From Verrucomicrobiota bacterium (lineage in GTDB: Bacteria; Verrucomicrobiota; Verrucomicrobiia; Chthoniobacterales; UBA10450), in assembly GCA_003217875.1 (NCBI GenBank), contig QHMR01000017.1:2711-66710 (forward strand): a stretch of DNA of 64,000 nt, read 5' to 3'. Of this stretch, positions 17,275 through 26,782 are shown one piece after another (position 1 is the first letter of the stretch; each line of letters begins with the position of its first letter). The translations under genes were made by a program, and so were the position numbers. Below the pieces are notes generated by a model that saw only the letters and a list, made by a program, of their open reading frames with translations, was not told the DNA's origin and searched no databases.

Positions 17275-18060
17275 TCAACGGAGTCCATTGGCGAAATGCA
17301 ACAGCGCCTCGTGAACACCAGCTCCGTACTCCTTTTTCGCGACATACCCGCCGGCGTCGCGCACGGCGTCTTGCACTTCCTGAATTGCGTTAGCTGGGCA
17401 AGAAGGCATCGCGGCGACTTTTCCGTCCAACATTGATATGTCGTTATGATGGTCGCCTGACGCAAAGATATTTTCGCGTGGAACTTCCAGTAGACGTGCC
17501 AGCTCAGCCAGTGCTGCCCCTTTGTGATAGTCAGCATGACAAAACCGCAGATAGACCGTGTTGCGTTGGTAATCCAAGTTCGGATGCATCGCTCGCGCTC
17601 TCTCGATAAACTCCACGATGCGCCTCATTTCTTCATCGTTCTCGGCGACTAGACCCTCGAGGCGTTCAGCGTCGTAAATAAGCCGCGCTTTCGTTTTTTG
17701 GCTCACGAAATCAACCACCTCGGCCAGGACGGAGTTAGCTGAAGAAAATAACTCGGCGTGATCGCGCGCGCAGCGCTCGTTCCAGTCGCCAAACGGCTCC
17801 CATGTATCGCGGTTTCCCCCGCGGCGAAAAACATCGCGCTCGGTCGTGAGAATGAAATCCGGCCGAAAGGGAAACCCGAAATCGGCGAGTCCGGATTCCA
17901 GTAAATCGACGGAACGACCTGTATTAATCGCCCACAGCGCGCCGGCATTCTGTAAGCGGCGAATCAATTCCATGCACTGGATATCGAGAACTGGTTCGCT
18001 AACTCTCGACACCAGCGTGCCGTCAAAATCGATGCTCAGTAACTTGATTAGTGAATGCAT
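17275..18060 (-). CDS. HAD-IIB family hydrolase (Cof / sugar-phosphate phosphatase-like)
   Basis: Motif I is SIDFDGTL and motif IV is GDHHNDISML. Confidence 0.8.
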   Translation of the reverse strand: MHSLIKLLSIDFDGTLVSRVSEPVLDIQCMELIRRLQNAGALWAINTGRSVDLLESGLADFGFPFRPDFILTTERDVFRRGGNRDTWEPFGDWNERCARDHAELFSSANSVLAEVVDFVSQKTKARLIYDAERLEGLVAENDEEMRRIVEFIERARAMHPNLDYQRNTVYLRFCHADYHKGAALAELARLLEVPRENIFASGDHHNDISMLDGKVAAMPSCPANAIQEVQDAVRDAGGYVAKKEYGAGVHEALLHFANGLR

Positions 18061-18127
18061 CTAACTGCAATTTAAGAATTGATTTCCGGCACGCAATGCG
18101 TCGATTGATGTCAGGAGCTAATCGAGC

Positions 18128-18412
18128 ATGAAATCGGCTTACGAACTGGCGATGGAACGGTTGGAGAAGACGTCGCCATCGCTTTCACTAACCGAGGACC
18201 AGAAGAAAGAAATCGCTGACATGGATTCCGTGTACCGAGCAAAGATCGCCGAAAAAGAGCTGTTCCTCAGGAATCAGATGAACAAGGCGCAGAGTGCCGG
18301 CAAGTTCGACGAAATGGAATCGCTGGAGAAGCAACTCGCGTCGGAGATCCGACGATTACAGGAGGCGTGCGAAGCGAAGAAAGAAAAGCTGCGCGCGCGC
18401 TTTGCGAAATAG
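18128..18412 (+). CDS. Hypothetical coiled-coil protein (94 aa)
   Basis: AGGAG lies 8-9 nt upstream of the ATG. The product is charged and helical. No family recognised. Confidence 0.5.
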   Translation: MKSAYELAMERLEKTSPSLSLTEDQKKEIADMDSVYRAKIAEKELFLRNQMNKAQSAGKFDEMESLEKQLASEIRRLQEACEAKKEKLRARFAK

Positions 18413-18423
18413 GTAGCGGCGGG

Positions 18424-19395
18424 TCACCGAACCACTCGGGGACGATTGAGTTCAATCGCCTCTACCTTCGCACGCCTTCCTTCGCGGCGTTTCGGTAGAT
18501 CGGGGTCTAAAAATCCGAGCATGTGTGCTCGTCTGATCGTGCGGACGCCTTCCTGCTTCTGCAAATCGACAATGTTTCGGCGAAACTTTTCCATCTTCGT
18601 CCAGTGCACCTTGGGGCGGAAATGGTGTTCGGCGTGGTAGCCGTTGTAGAAGAATAGCCAGTTATAGATTTTTCCGTAGCTGCTTACACCCCACGCAATC
18701 GGCTTGTCGGGATTCGCACCGTAATGACGGTAATAACCGTTCAAATAACTGAAACAGTGGCCAAGATACCAAAACGGCAGGAAATAAAAAATCACGTAAC
18801 GCCAGTTGAAAAGGAACATCACGAATAGCGCTGTAGCGAATGCCGCCAGCTCGAGATTTCCCCAAAACACGTCATCATTGCCGCGCTTGCGCAGTTCTTT
18901 GCGGATAGCGCCGACATCGTCACGGAAAAAGCTAAGGAAGACATACTTCCATGGACCTTCCGGCTCGCCATCGTGCCCATGCCGATAGATCGACAACCAA
19001 TCAATCGTGTCGCCATTTTCATTCTGTCGATCCGAATTCCCTTTGTGATGCTGCATGTGGACCGCGTCGTACATCGTTTGTGAGAAACAGCACCCGATCG
19101 ATTGCGTGACTCCAAACAGCCGATTCAGCAATTTTGAGCGGAAGAATGGGTTATGAATGAAATTGTGCCCCACCCCATTGATGTTGGCATTGACCATCAG
19201 CGAATAAATGAACCCGAGGATCAACATCACCCATAGCGGTGCATGCGGGTAAAGGAAGAAGAGGCCCAGGAAATATGTGAGATGAAAAAGACCCGCCGCA
19301 GCCGGGACTGCATCCCAGCGTGTGTGCACGAACAGCCTTGAGTTAGTAGTCGGACGTTCTATTGAAATCACTTGGGTGTTCATCGGGGAATTCAT
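18424..19395 (-). CDS. Membrane fatty acid desaturase family protein
   Basis: Three histidine boxes (HNFIHN, HMQHHKGN, HAEHH) plus TM segments. Confidence 0.8.
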   Translation of the reverse strand: MNSPMNTQVISIERPTTNSRLFVHTRWDAVPAAAGLFHLTYFLGLFFLYPHAPLWVMLILGFIYSLMVNANINGVGHNFIHNPFFRSKLLNRLFGVTQSIGCCFSQTMYDAVHMQHHKGNSDRQNENGDTIDWLSIYRHGHDGEPEGPWKYVFLSFFRDDVGAIRKELRKRGNDDVFWGNLELAAFATALFVMFLFNWRYVIFYFLPFWYLGHCFSYLNGYYRHYGANPDKPIAWGVSSYGKIYNWLFFYNGYHAEHHFRPKVHWTKMEKFRRNIVDLQKQEGVRTIRRAHMLGFLDPDLPKRREGRRAKVEAIELNRPRVVR

Positions 19396-19465
19396 CGAAT
19401 GCTAAAACTATTCGCCAGAGAAACACCTCCTGGCAAGTTTTGAAGATTGCCAACGCCGTTTCTGC

Positions 19466-19482
19466 GCGCCTAAGTTAGGCGC
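19466..19482. promoter_or_regulatory. 17-bp perfect palindrome GCGCCTAAGTTAGGCGC, 5 nt upstream of the prs start
   Basis: Read directly from the sequence. It could be an operator or a 5'-UTR hairpin. Function unknown. Confidence 0.25.
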
Positions 19483-19487
19483 TCCCG

Positions 19488-20462
19488 ATGTTTGCCCTTC
19501 AGCCAGAATTAAAAGTCTTCACGGGCTCGGCCAACCGTGATTTGGCCGAGAGGATTTGCAAATACATTGGTGTCCCGCTCGGGCAGGCAACGATCAGCTC
19601 GTTTCCGGATGGCGAAACTTACGTCAGAATCGAGGAGAACATTCGCGGGCATGACGTCTTCATCATTCAGCCGACTTGTCCGCCGACCAATCAGCACTTG
19701 ATGGAGTTGCTGATCATGGTCGATGCGGCGCGGCGCGCCAGCGCGGATCGGATCACGGCTGTGATTCCCTTTTTTGGTTACGCGCGGCAGGACCGCAAAG
19801 ACCAGCCGCGAGTCCCGATCACAGCCAAGCTCGTGGCCAATTTATTGCACGCGGCGGGGGTGAGTCGCGTGCTCACGATGGATCTGCATGCACAGCAGGT
19901 ACAGGGCTTTTTCGATATCCCGGTGGACCATCTCTATTCACTGCCAGTCTTGATTAAATATCTGCGACAACAGCTGACCGGGAAAACGACCGTTGTTTCG
20001 CCGGATTTAGGCGGCCTCAAAATGGCTTCGGCTTACGCGGAAGCGTTGCGTGCGAATCTGGCGATCGTGGCAAAGGAGCGCCGCAGCGCCACGGAGACCG
20101 AGGCGCTGTATCTCATTGGCGAAGTGGAAGGCCGCGACGTGCTTCTAGTTGATGACCTTACGGAAACAGCCGGCACATTGACTTCTGCGGCTGACCTTTT
20201 GAAAAAGCGCGGCGCGCAGAAGATTTATGCGGGCGTTTCGCATGCTGTTCTGGTGGACATGGCGATCCCGCGTTTGCAAAAATCGAAAATTACGGAATTA
20301 GTAACGACTAACAGCACGCCGGTGCGCACCGTGGAAGGGTTTAAAACCACGGTGCTCTGCGTCTCCGAGCTTCTCGGGGAAGGCATCAAACGGATACATA
20401 ACGACGAGTCCGTGTCGTCGCTGTTCAACATCGAGAACGAAAAAAATGGCAAAACAGGTTAA
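19488..20462 (+). CDS. prs: Ribose-phosphate pyrophosphokinase
   Basis: VFTGSANRDLAERI..., PFFGYARQDRK, and the PRPP-binding loop VLLVDDLTETAGT. Confidence 0.95.
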   Translation: MFALQPELKVFTGSANRDLAERICKYIGVPLGQATISSFPDGETYVRIEENIRGHDVFIIQPTCPPTNQHLMELLIMVDAARRASADRITAVIPFFGYARQDRKDQPRVPITAKLVANLLHAAGVSRVLTMDLHAQQVQGFFDIPVDHLYSLPVLIKYLRQQLTGKTTVVSPDLGGLKMASAYAEALRANLAIVAKERRSATETEALYLIGEVEGRDVLLVDDLTETAGTLTSAADLLKKRGAQKIYAGVSHAVLVDMAIPRLQKSKITELVTTNSTPVRTVEGFKTTVLCVSELLGEGIKRIHNDESVSSLFNIENEKNGKTG

Positions 20463-21156
20463 GCTCAAGGCCCAACCACGGACGGATGTGGGACGCTCAG
20501 CGACGCGCAAACTCAGGGCGTGCGGACTAATTCCTGCGATCATCTACGGCGGCAACAATAAGCCGCAGCCATTGCAAGTCGGCGCGCGAGAGATCAACGC
20601 GATGATGAGCCATGCTTCCGGAGAAAATGTTTTGGTTGAACTCGAAATCGCCGGGCAAGATTCAAGTCGTACCGCGCTTGTGCAGGAGGTGCAACACTCG
20701 CCTGTTGGTGGCGAAATTCGTCATGTCGATTTTCACGCCATTTCCATGGACCAGAAGATTCAAGCCGAAGTTCCTCTCGAACCGACCGGCACGGCCGTGG
20801 GCGTCAAAACTTTCGGGGGGCTACTTGAACAAAGCTTGCGCGCACTGGCGATTGAATGTCTCCCGGGCGATTTGCCGGATCGAATCACGGTGGATGTCTC
20901 TCAACTCAACATTGGTGACTCCATTCACGTTCGCGACATTCAATTGCCGCCCGGAGTAACTCCAAAGGTGCAGCCCGATCTCACTGCATTCTCCGTGGTC
21001 GCGCCCATAGTCGAAGAAGAGCCTGCGGTCGCGGAAGCAGAAGTGGCAGCCGCGGGACCGGAAGTGATCACCGAGAAAAAGGAAGAAGGCGAAGGTGCTG
21101 CGCCCGCTCCGGCTGCAAAGGAAAAAGCTCCAAAAGAGAAGGAGCAGAAGAAGTAA
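20446..21156 (+). CDS. rplY: 50S ribosomal protein L25 / general stress protein Ctc
   Basis: LKAQPRTDVGRSATRKLRACGLIPAIIYG...VQHSPVGGEIRHVDF, with an acidic/Lys-rich C-terminal tail. Confidence 0.9.
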   Translation: MAKQVKLKAQPRTDVGRSATRKLRACGLIPAIIYGGNNKPQPLQVGAREINAMMSHASGENVLVELEIAGQDSSRTALVQEVQHSPVGGEIRHVDFHAISMDQKIQAEVPLEPTGTAVGVKTFGGLLEQSLRALAIECLPGDLPDRITVDVSQLNIGDSIHVRDIQLPPGVTPKVQPDLTAFSVVAPIVEEEPAVAEAEVAAAGPEVITEKKEEGEGAAPAPAAKEKAPKEKEQKK

Positions 21157-21233
21157 TCCAATTTCGGATTCTGATCCGTTCGACTCCGTTCGCTTCGCTC
21201 ACGACAAGTTTTTGGATTTTCGATTTCGCGACA

Positions 21234-21809
21234 GTGGAAGAGAAACCAATCCGCCTAGTCGCCGGTCTCGGAAATGCCGGTCCGCAATACGCGGCCACAC
21301 GTCACAATATCGGGTTCATGGTTGCCGATCAGCTCTGCGCGCAGTTTGGATCGACGTGGGAGAAATCGTCAAAGTGGGACGCCCTCCTGGCTAAATGTGG
21401 CGCCGTGCTTCTGATCAAACCGACAAGCTTCATGAATCGGAGTGGCTATCCGCTTCTTGCGGTTTCGCAATTCTATAAAATCGAGCCTCAGGAAATTCTG
21501 ATTATCCTCGACGATTTTGCATTAGGGCTCGGTCGCCTGCGCATACGCGCACGCGGCGGATCAGGCGGCCATAACGGCTTGGAATCGATCATAATGCAAT
21601 TCGGAACGGAGGACATTCCGCGCTTGCGCATCGGGATCGGCGAGGCACCACGCGAAGGATCAGTCGATTACGTATTGAACCGCTTTTTCGATGAAGAGAA
21701 ACCTTTGGTTAGATCGACAATTAATCGCGCAGTGAATGCTGTGAAATCCGCGATTGACAACGGTCTTGTTTCCGCGATGAACACTTTCAACAAAATCGAA
21801 GAAACATGA
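21234..21809 (+). CDS. pth: Peptidyl-tRNA hydrolase
   Basis: LVAGLGNAGPQYAATRHNIGFMV...GGHNGLESI. Confidence 0.95.
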   Translation: MEEKPIRLVAGLGNAGPQYAATRHNIGFMVADQLCAQFGSTWEKSSKWDALLAKCGAVLLIKPTSFMNRSGYPLLAVSQFYKIEPQEILIILDDFALGLGRLRIRARGGSGGHNGLESIIMQFGTEDIPRLRIGIGEAPREGSVDYVLNRFFDEEKPLVRSTINRAVNAVKSAIDNGLVSAMNTFNKIEET

Positions 21810-22135
21810 ACCGCCGTTATGAAGCCCTGCTGGTGCTGAACGCTCAGGGCAAAGAAGACACCATCAGGGAAATTATCGATCGGCTGGAATCGGAGTTCCA
21901 AAAAGAAGGAGCTCAGATCGAACAGGTGCAGAAGATGGATAGACGCCAGTTTTCCTATGTGGCCGGCCCGCTCGATTCCGGATATTATGTGAACCTTGTT
22001 TTTAACGCTGATCCGGGAGTGATAGCGAAATTGCGAGCGAAATTTAAGCTCGATCCGGAAGTGTATCGACAGAATTACGAACGGTTGCGTCAGAAGAAGG
22101 AGAAGCCTGCAAAAAAGGTGGCTAAACGAAAGTGA
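21806..22135 (+). CDS. rpsF: 30S ribosomal protein S6
   Basis: MNRRYEALLVLNAQGKEDT.... It overlaps the pth stop by 4 nt. Confidence 0.9.
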   Translation: MNRRYEALLVLNAQGKEDTIREIIDRLESEFQKEGAQIEQVQKMDRRQFSYVAGPLDSGYYVNLVFNADPGVIAKLRAKFKLDPEVYRQNYERLRQKKEKPAKKVAKRK

Positions 22136-22153
22136 TTTCGTTATAACGCGAAT

Positions 22154-22597
22154 ATGGCGAGCTTTAACAAAGTTATTCTGCTCGGAAATCTCACTCGCGA
22201 CCCCGAAGTGCGTTACACGCCAAAGGGCAGCGCAGTCTGCGATCTCGGCATCGCCGTAAACCGCGTTTATACCACCGACAGCGGAGAAAGACGCGAGGAA
22301 GTCACTTATGTTGACGTTGTGCTCTGGGCACGCCTGGCTGAGATCGCCGGCGAATACCTGAAGAAAGGACGGCCAGTTTTCATCGAAGGCCGTTTGCAAA
22401 TGGACAGCTGGGACGACAAGCAAACCGGGCAGAAGCGAACAAGGCTGCGCGTCGTTGGCGAGAGCATGCAGTTGCTAGGCGGACGTCCCGGTGGAGCTGG
22501 TGGTGCAGGCGAAATGACTGGAGAGAATCGATCAACCTCTGCACCGCCCAAAGCATCAGCGCCAGCCGAGCCAGACGAGGACGAGATTCCGTTTTGA
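22154..22597 (+). CDS. ssb: Single-stranded DNA-binding protein
   Basis: MASFNKVILLGNLTRDPEVRYTPKGSAV..., a Gly-rich linker and the acidic tip DEDEIPF. Confidence 0.95.
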   Translation: MASFNKVILLGNLTRDPEVRYTPKGSAVCDLGIAVNRVYTTDSGERREEVTYVDVVLWARLAEIAGEYLKKGRPVFIEGRLQMDSWDDKQTGQKRTRLRVVGESMQLLGGRPGGAGGAGEMTGENRSTSAPPKASAPAEPDEDEIPF

Positions 22598-22606
22598 ATG
22601 GTAGTT

Positions 22607-22647
22607 GCGGTTCACCGAACCGCTACTGGCGATTGTGGTTAATCGCC
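22607..22647 (+). terminator. Two tandem hairpins after ssb
   Basis: GCGGTTC-ACC-GAACCGC and GGCGATT-GTGGTT-AATCGCC. There is no clear U-tract. Confidence 0.35.
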
Positions 22648-22666
22648 CCTCGTTCCCCAATTTCAA

Positions 22667-23767
22667 ATGAACGCGACTGAAGCGTGCATAGCGCTCAACA
22701 TGCTGCCAACCGTTGGGCCGGTGCGGTTGCGCAAATTGTTGGAAGTTTTTAAGGAGCCGCAGCAAATACTCGCTGCAAAACGCAGTGAGCTTCGCAAGGT
22801 CGAAGGAATCGGCAATGAAGTCGCGGACCAGATTTCAAACTGGGAATCGACTGTCGATCTTGCCGCGGAGGTGAAACGGCTTCGCGATTTTGGAGCGACC
22901 GTCATTACACAGGGGTCGCCATCCTACCCCCGGCCATTGCGCGAAATTCATGCGCCGCCGATCCTTCTTTACGTCTGGGGCGAACTACAGGAGCGCGATC
23001 ACCACGCCATTGGAGTTATTGGCGCGCGGCGCACAACGCACTACGGCACGGAGTCGGCCAAGAAGCTGGCTTACCAACTGGCCTACGCGGGATTAACCGT
23101 AATCAGTGGCCTCGCGCGCGGGATCGACACCGCTGCCCATCAAGGGGCACTCGCTGCGAAAGGACGCACGATCGCAGTGATCGGCTCGGGGTTAGCAAAG
23201 CTCTATCCGCCAGAGAACGCTGCGCTTGCCGAAAAGATCCGAGCAGGAAATGGCGCGATCGTCTCTGAATTCTCGATGGAGATTGAACCAGACCGTCAAA
23301 CTTTCCCGATGCGCAACCGGATCATTTCCGGCTGGAGCCACGGCATTCTCGTGGTGGAAGCTGGTTTGAATAGCGGTGCCCTCATCACCGCAGCGCAGGC
23401 CCTGGAACAGGGCCGCTCAGTTTACGCGGTACCCGGCCACATTAACGCGCCCAGCGCAATGGGATCGAATCGCCTCATCCAACAAGGAGCGAAGCTTGTC
23501 ATGGATGCCAGCGACATTTTGGACGATTTGCAGATTCTTCTTCCCGAAACGAAGCCATTGCCGGAGGCCGTTGCGCGCCCGTTACCGCCGCTATCTGACG
23601 AAGAACGACGTGTTTATGACGCGATTGACGCGACTGAGACGTCGATTGATAATATCTCCGTTAAAAGCAAATTGCCGAGCTCGATCGTTTCGTCGACATT
23701 GTTGCAGTTAGAATTGAAACGCCTAGTCAAGCAGTTGCCCGGGAAATATTTCGTCAAGTTGGGCTAG
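22667..23767 (+). CDS. dprA: DNA processing protein DprA (Smf)
   Basis: An N-terminal SAM-like region, then the Rossmann core IGVIGARRTTHYG...ISGLARGIDTAAHQGAL...VVEAGLNSGALITA. Confidence 0.9.
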   Translation: MNATEACIALNMLPTVGPVRLRKLLEVFKEPQQILAAKRSELRKVEGIGNEVADQISNWESTVDLAAEVKRLRDFGATVITQGSPSYPRPLREIHAPPILLYVWGELQERDHHAIGVIGARRTTHYGTESAKKLAYQLAYAGLTVISGLARGIDTAAHQGALAAKGRTIAVIGSGLAKLYPPENAALAEKIRAGNGAIVSEFSMEIEPDRQTFPMRNRIISGWSHGILVVEAGLNSGALITAAQALEQGRSVYAVPGHINAPSAMGSNRLIQQGAKLVMDASDILDDLQILLPETKPLPEAVARPLPPLSDEERRVYDAIDATETSIDNISVKSKLPSSIVSSTLLQLELKRLVKQLPGKYFVKLG

Positions 23768-23850
23768 GGCAAAGACTTACCCGCCTTTGACCGTGCAGGC
23801 AAACTGCTCTGACTTGCAAAGACGCCCCGACTGAGTTCGATTGCTGCCCC

Positions 23851-26763
23851 ATGTCCAAGTCCCTCATAATCACCGAGAAGCCTTCGGTTGCCACCGATAT
23901 CGCCAAGGCCCTCGGCGGATTCAAAAAAGGTAAGGATTACTACGACAACGAGAAATATGTGATCTCCTGGGCGGTCGGTCATCTCTTTGAGCTCGCGGTG
24001 CCTGCTTCCATGAAAGAGCAGGACAAGTGGGACATGACGAAGTTGCCCATCATGCCGGTCGAATTCGAGCTGGAGCCGGCTGAGAAAATGAGCGGTCGAG
24101 CCAATGTTCTTCGCAAGCTTATTAGAGATAAGAACGTGTCGGAGATTATCAATGCATGCGACGCCGGACGGGAAGGCGAATTGATTTTTCGCTATATCAT
24201 TCAATACGCGGGAACGAAAAAACCGATCAAGCGTGTCTGGCTGCAATCGATGACCCCTGAGGCCATCCGCGAAGGCTTCTCGCGATTGCGAAGCGATGCT
24301 GAGATGCAACCACTGGCCAGCGCAGCCCGCAGCCGAAACGAAGCCGACTGGCTCGTCGGCATCAACGCGACACGCGCCTTTACTCTGCGGCTAAGCGGTG
24401 GGCGCGGTAGCAGCGTGACTTCACTCGGCCGCGTGCAGACGCCGACGCTGGCAATCATCGTCGAGCGGGAGAACAAGATTCGGGAATTTAAGCCGCGCGA
24501 CCTACACGAGATCATCGGCATATTCCGCGCCGCTGCCGGCGAATATGCAGGACGCTGGTTCGACGAAGCATTCCAGAAAGACGAGGACGAAAGTGAGAGA
24601 ACCAAAAGACTGCTCCATCGGCTGCAATTGACTCTGCCCGATGCGAAGCAGCGGCTTGCCATTGAACGCGGTTCGTTATGGGAAGAGCACCGCGCCGCGC
24701 CGCGATTGTGGCATTATGAAATCGCCGAGGCCATCCAACGCAAATGCAGCGGCAAGCAGGGCGTCGTCAAGCTGGAGGAAAAGAAGCCGAGCACGCAAGT
24801 GGCGCCTCAGCTTTATGATCTCACTGCCTTGCAGCGCGAAGCGAATAATCGACTCGGATTTTCCGCGAAACGCACGTTGCAAATCGCACAGGCGCTTTAC
24901 GAAAAGCACAAGGTTATTACTTATCCGCGCACGGATTCGCGCGCGTTGCCCGAAGATTATCTCCCGACCGTAAGATCGACATTGAATAAGGTCGACAATC
25001 CGTTCGCGCGAAGAGTGGTCGAAAACAATTGGGTCAGGCCGAACAAACGCATTTTCAATGACGCGAAAGTCGGTGATCACTTCGCGATTATTCCGACCGG
25101 CACTGCCCCCCGATCGCTGGACGACCATGAGCGAGCGCTTTTCGACATGGTGAGCAAGCGCTTCGTAGCTGTATTTTTTCCACCCGCACAATACGAGAAC
25201 ACGACCAGAATTACACGTGTCGAAGGCGAGCCGTTCAAGACGGAAGGGAAAATTCTCGTGGCGCCCGGATGGCTTGAAGTTTATGGACGCGAAGCTGCGA
25301 GTGAGAAACCGGAAGAAAATCTGCCACCGGTGACGCAGGGCGAGAGCGTTCAAACACAGCGTATCGAAATCAAAATCGAGCAGACCAGGCCTCCTGTTCG
25401 CTACAACGAAGGGACCGTGCTCAGCGCGATGGAGGCAGCGGGGAAACTTGTCGAAGACGAAGAATTGCGCGACGCGATGAAGGAGAAAGGACTCGGCACG
25501 CCGGCAACGCGCGCGGCCATCATCGAGACACTGATTTCAGCGCATTACCTGGTGCGGCACGGTAAGGAGTTGCAGCCGACGCCGAAAGCAATCCAGACAA
25601 TCACACTTTTAAAAAATGCAGTGCCGGAGTTAACCAGTCCCGAACTGACCGGCGAATGGGAATTTCGTCTGCGCGAGATCGAACATCGCAAGCTCACCCG
25701 TGACGCGTTCATGCGCGACATTCGCGAGCTTACTAACGATATCGTCGGGAAAGCCAAACATTTTCATCCAGACGAGCACATGCCGGACAGCGAGCCGTTC
25801 GGAGAGTGCCCCAAGTGCGGCGCGCCTATCATCGAGCGGTTCAAGAGTTTCACATGCACAAATGAGGAATGTGATTTCACGATTTGGAAAACCATCGCCG
25901 GTCGGTTGCTAAGCCGCGAAGAATTTGAGACTCTCGTCCGGGACAAACACGTAGGACCATTGGGCGGCTTTCGCAGCAGAAAAGGCAAACGTTTCCATGC
26001 CCTGCTGAAACTCAGCGACGACTTCAAAGCAGAATTCGATTTCGGCTCAAACGGACAGGAGAACGGCGCTGCGCAAGCGGTGGATTTTTCGAGTCAGGAG
26101 CCGCTTGGTAAATGTCCCAAGTGCGGCGGTCGCGTGTTTGAGCTCGGAATGAGCTACATCTGCGAGAATTCGGTCGGCCCGGAAAAGACATGCGACTTTC
26201 GATCGGGCAAAGTCATCTTGCAGCGACCGATCGATCACGATCAAATGAAGAAACTGCTCGCAACTGGCAAGACCGATCTGCTCGAGCGGTTCATTTCCCG
26301 TAAAGGCAGGCCCTTCAAAGCGTTTCTCGTATTGACCGACAAGAAAGACGTTGGCTTCGAATTCGAAAAGCGCGAGCCGAAACAAAAAGGAAAAGGGAAA
26401 GCAGCGGAGGTTGCGCCGAAAATTGATTTCACTGGCAGCGAACCCATCGGGAAATGTCCGAAGTGCGGCGGTAAGATTTTTGAGACTGAAAACAGTTACA
26501 TTTGTGAACGTTCACAGGCTGACCGCAGACCATGCAAATTCAAACTAAGCAAAACAATTCTCGGTCGCGAGATCTCGAAAGAGCAGGCGCAGAAACTCGT
26601 CATGTTGGGCAAAACCGATCTCCTCGACGGCTTCATTTCGAAACGCGGCCGGCCGTTCTCTGCCTACTTGAAACTGGAGGACGGGAAAATCCGGTTCGAG
26701 TTTCCGGAGAAAACGGCGCAATCAAGCGAAGGCAAGCAAGGGAAGAACGAGCTAGTTTCCTAG
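23851..26763 (+). CDS. topB: Type IA DNA topoisomerase, topoisomerase III-like, with three C-terminal zinc-ribbon repeat modules
   Basis: The N-terminus is LIITEKPSVATDIAKAL...ISWAVGHLFEL, which is TopB-like rather than the TopA LVIVESPAKA type. The active-site region is ITYPRTDSRAL. There are three modules of about 90 aa, each of the form G(K/E)CPKCG...C.F...GKTDLL..FIS.(K/R)GRPF.A.L.L. Confidence 0.85.
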   Translation: MSKSLIITEKPSVATDIAKALGGFKKGKDYYDNEKYVISWAVGHLFELAVPASMKEQDKWDMTKLPIMPVEFELEPAEKMSGRANVLRKLIRDKNVSEIINACDAGREGELIFRYIIQYAGTKKPIKRVWLQSMTPEAIREGFSRLRSDAEMQPLASAARSRNEADWLVGINATRAFTLRLSGGRGSSVTSLGRVQTPTLAIIVERENKIREFKPRDLHEIIGIFRAAAGEYAGRWFDEAFQKDEDESERTKRLLHRLQLTLPDAKQRLAIERGSLWEEHRAAPRLWHYEIAEAIQRKCSGKQGVVKLEEKKPSTQVAPQLYDLTALQREANNRLGFSAKRTLQIAQALYEKHKVITYPRTDSRALPEDYLPTVRSTLNKVDNPFARRVVENNWVRPNKRIFNDAKVGDHFAIIPTGTAPRSLDDHERALFDMVSKRFVAVFFPPAQYENTTRITRVEGEPFKTEGKILVAPGWLEVYGREAASEKPEENLPPVTQGESVQTQRIEIKIEQTRPPVRYNEGTVLSAMEAAGKLVEDEELRDAMKEKGLGTPATRAAIIETLISAHYLVRHGKELQPTPKAIQTITLLKNAVPELTSPELTGEWEFRLREIEHRKLTRDAFMRDIRELTNDIVGKAKHFHPDEHMPDSEPFGECPKCGAPIIERFKSFTCTNEECDFTIWKTIAGRLLSREEFETLVRDKHVGPLGGFRSRKGKRFHALLKLSDDFKAEFDFGSNGQENGAAQAVDFSSQEPLGKCPKCGGRVFELGMSYICENSVGPEKTCDFRSGKVILQRPIDHDQMKKLLATGKTDLLERFISRKGRPFKAFLVLTDKKDVGFEFEKREPKQKGKGKAAEVAPKIDFTGSEPIGKCPKCGGKIFETENSYICERSQADRRPCKFKLSKTILGREISKEQAQKLVMLGKTDLLDGFISKRGRPFSAYLKLEDGKIRFEFPEKTAQSSEGKQGKNELVS

Positions 26764-26782
26764 GGCGCGGCGATGCGGAATC

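Noticed and set aside
21668-22423. 251-aa ORF antisense to the pth end, rpsF and ssb
   Set aside because: It spans three well-supported forward genes and their intergenic gaps, and its sequence does not look protein-like.
24676-25353. 225-aa ORF antisense to the topoisomerase gene
   Set aside because: Same reasoning: it lies entirely inside a high-confidence CDS.
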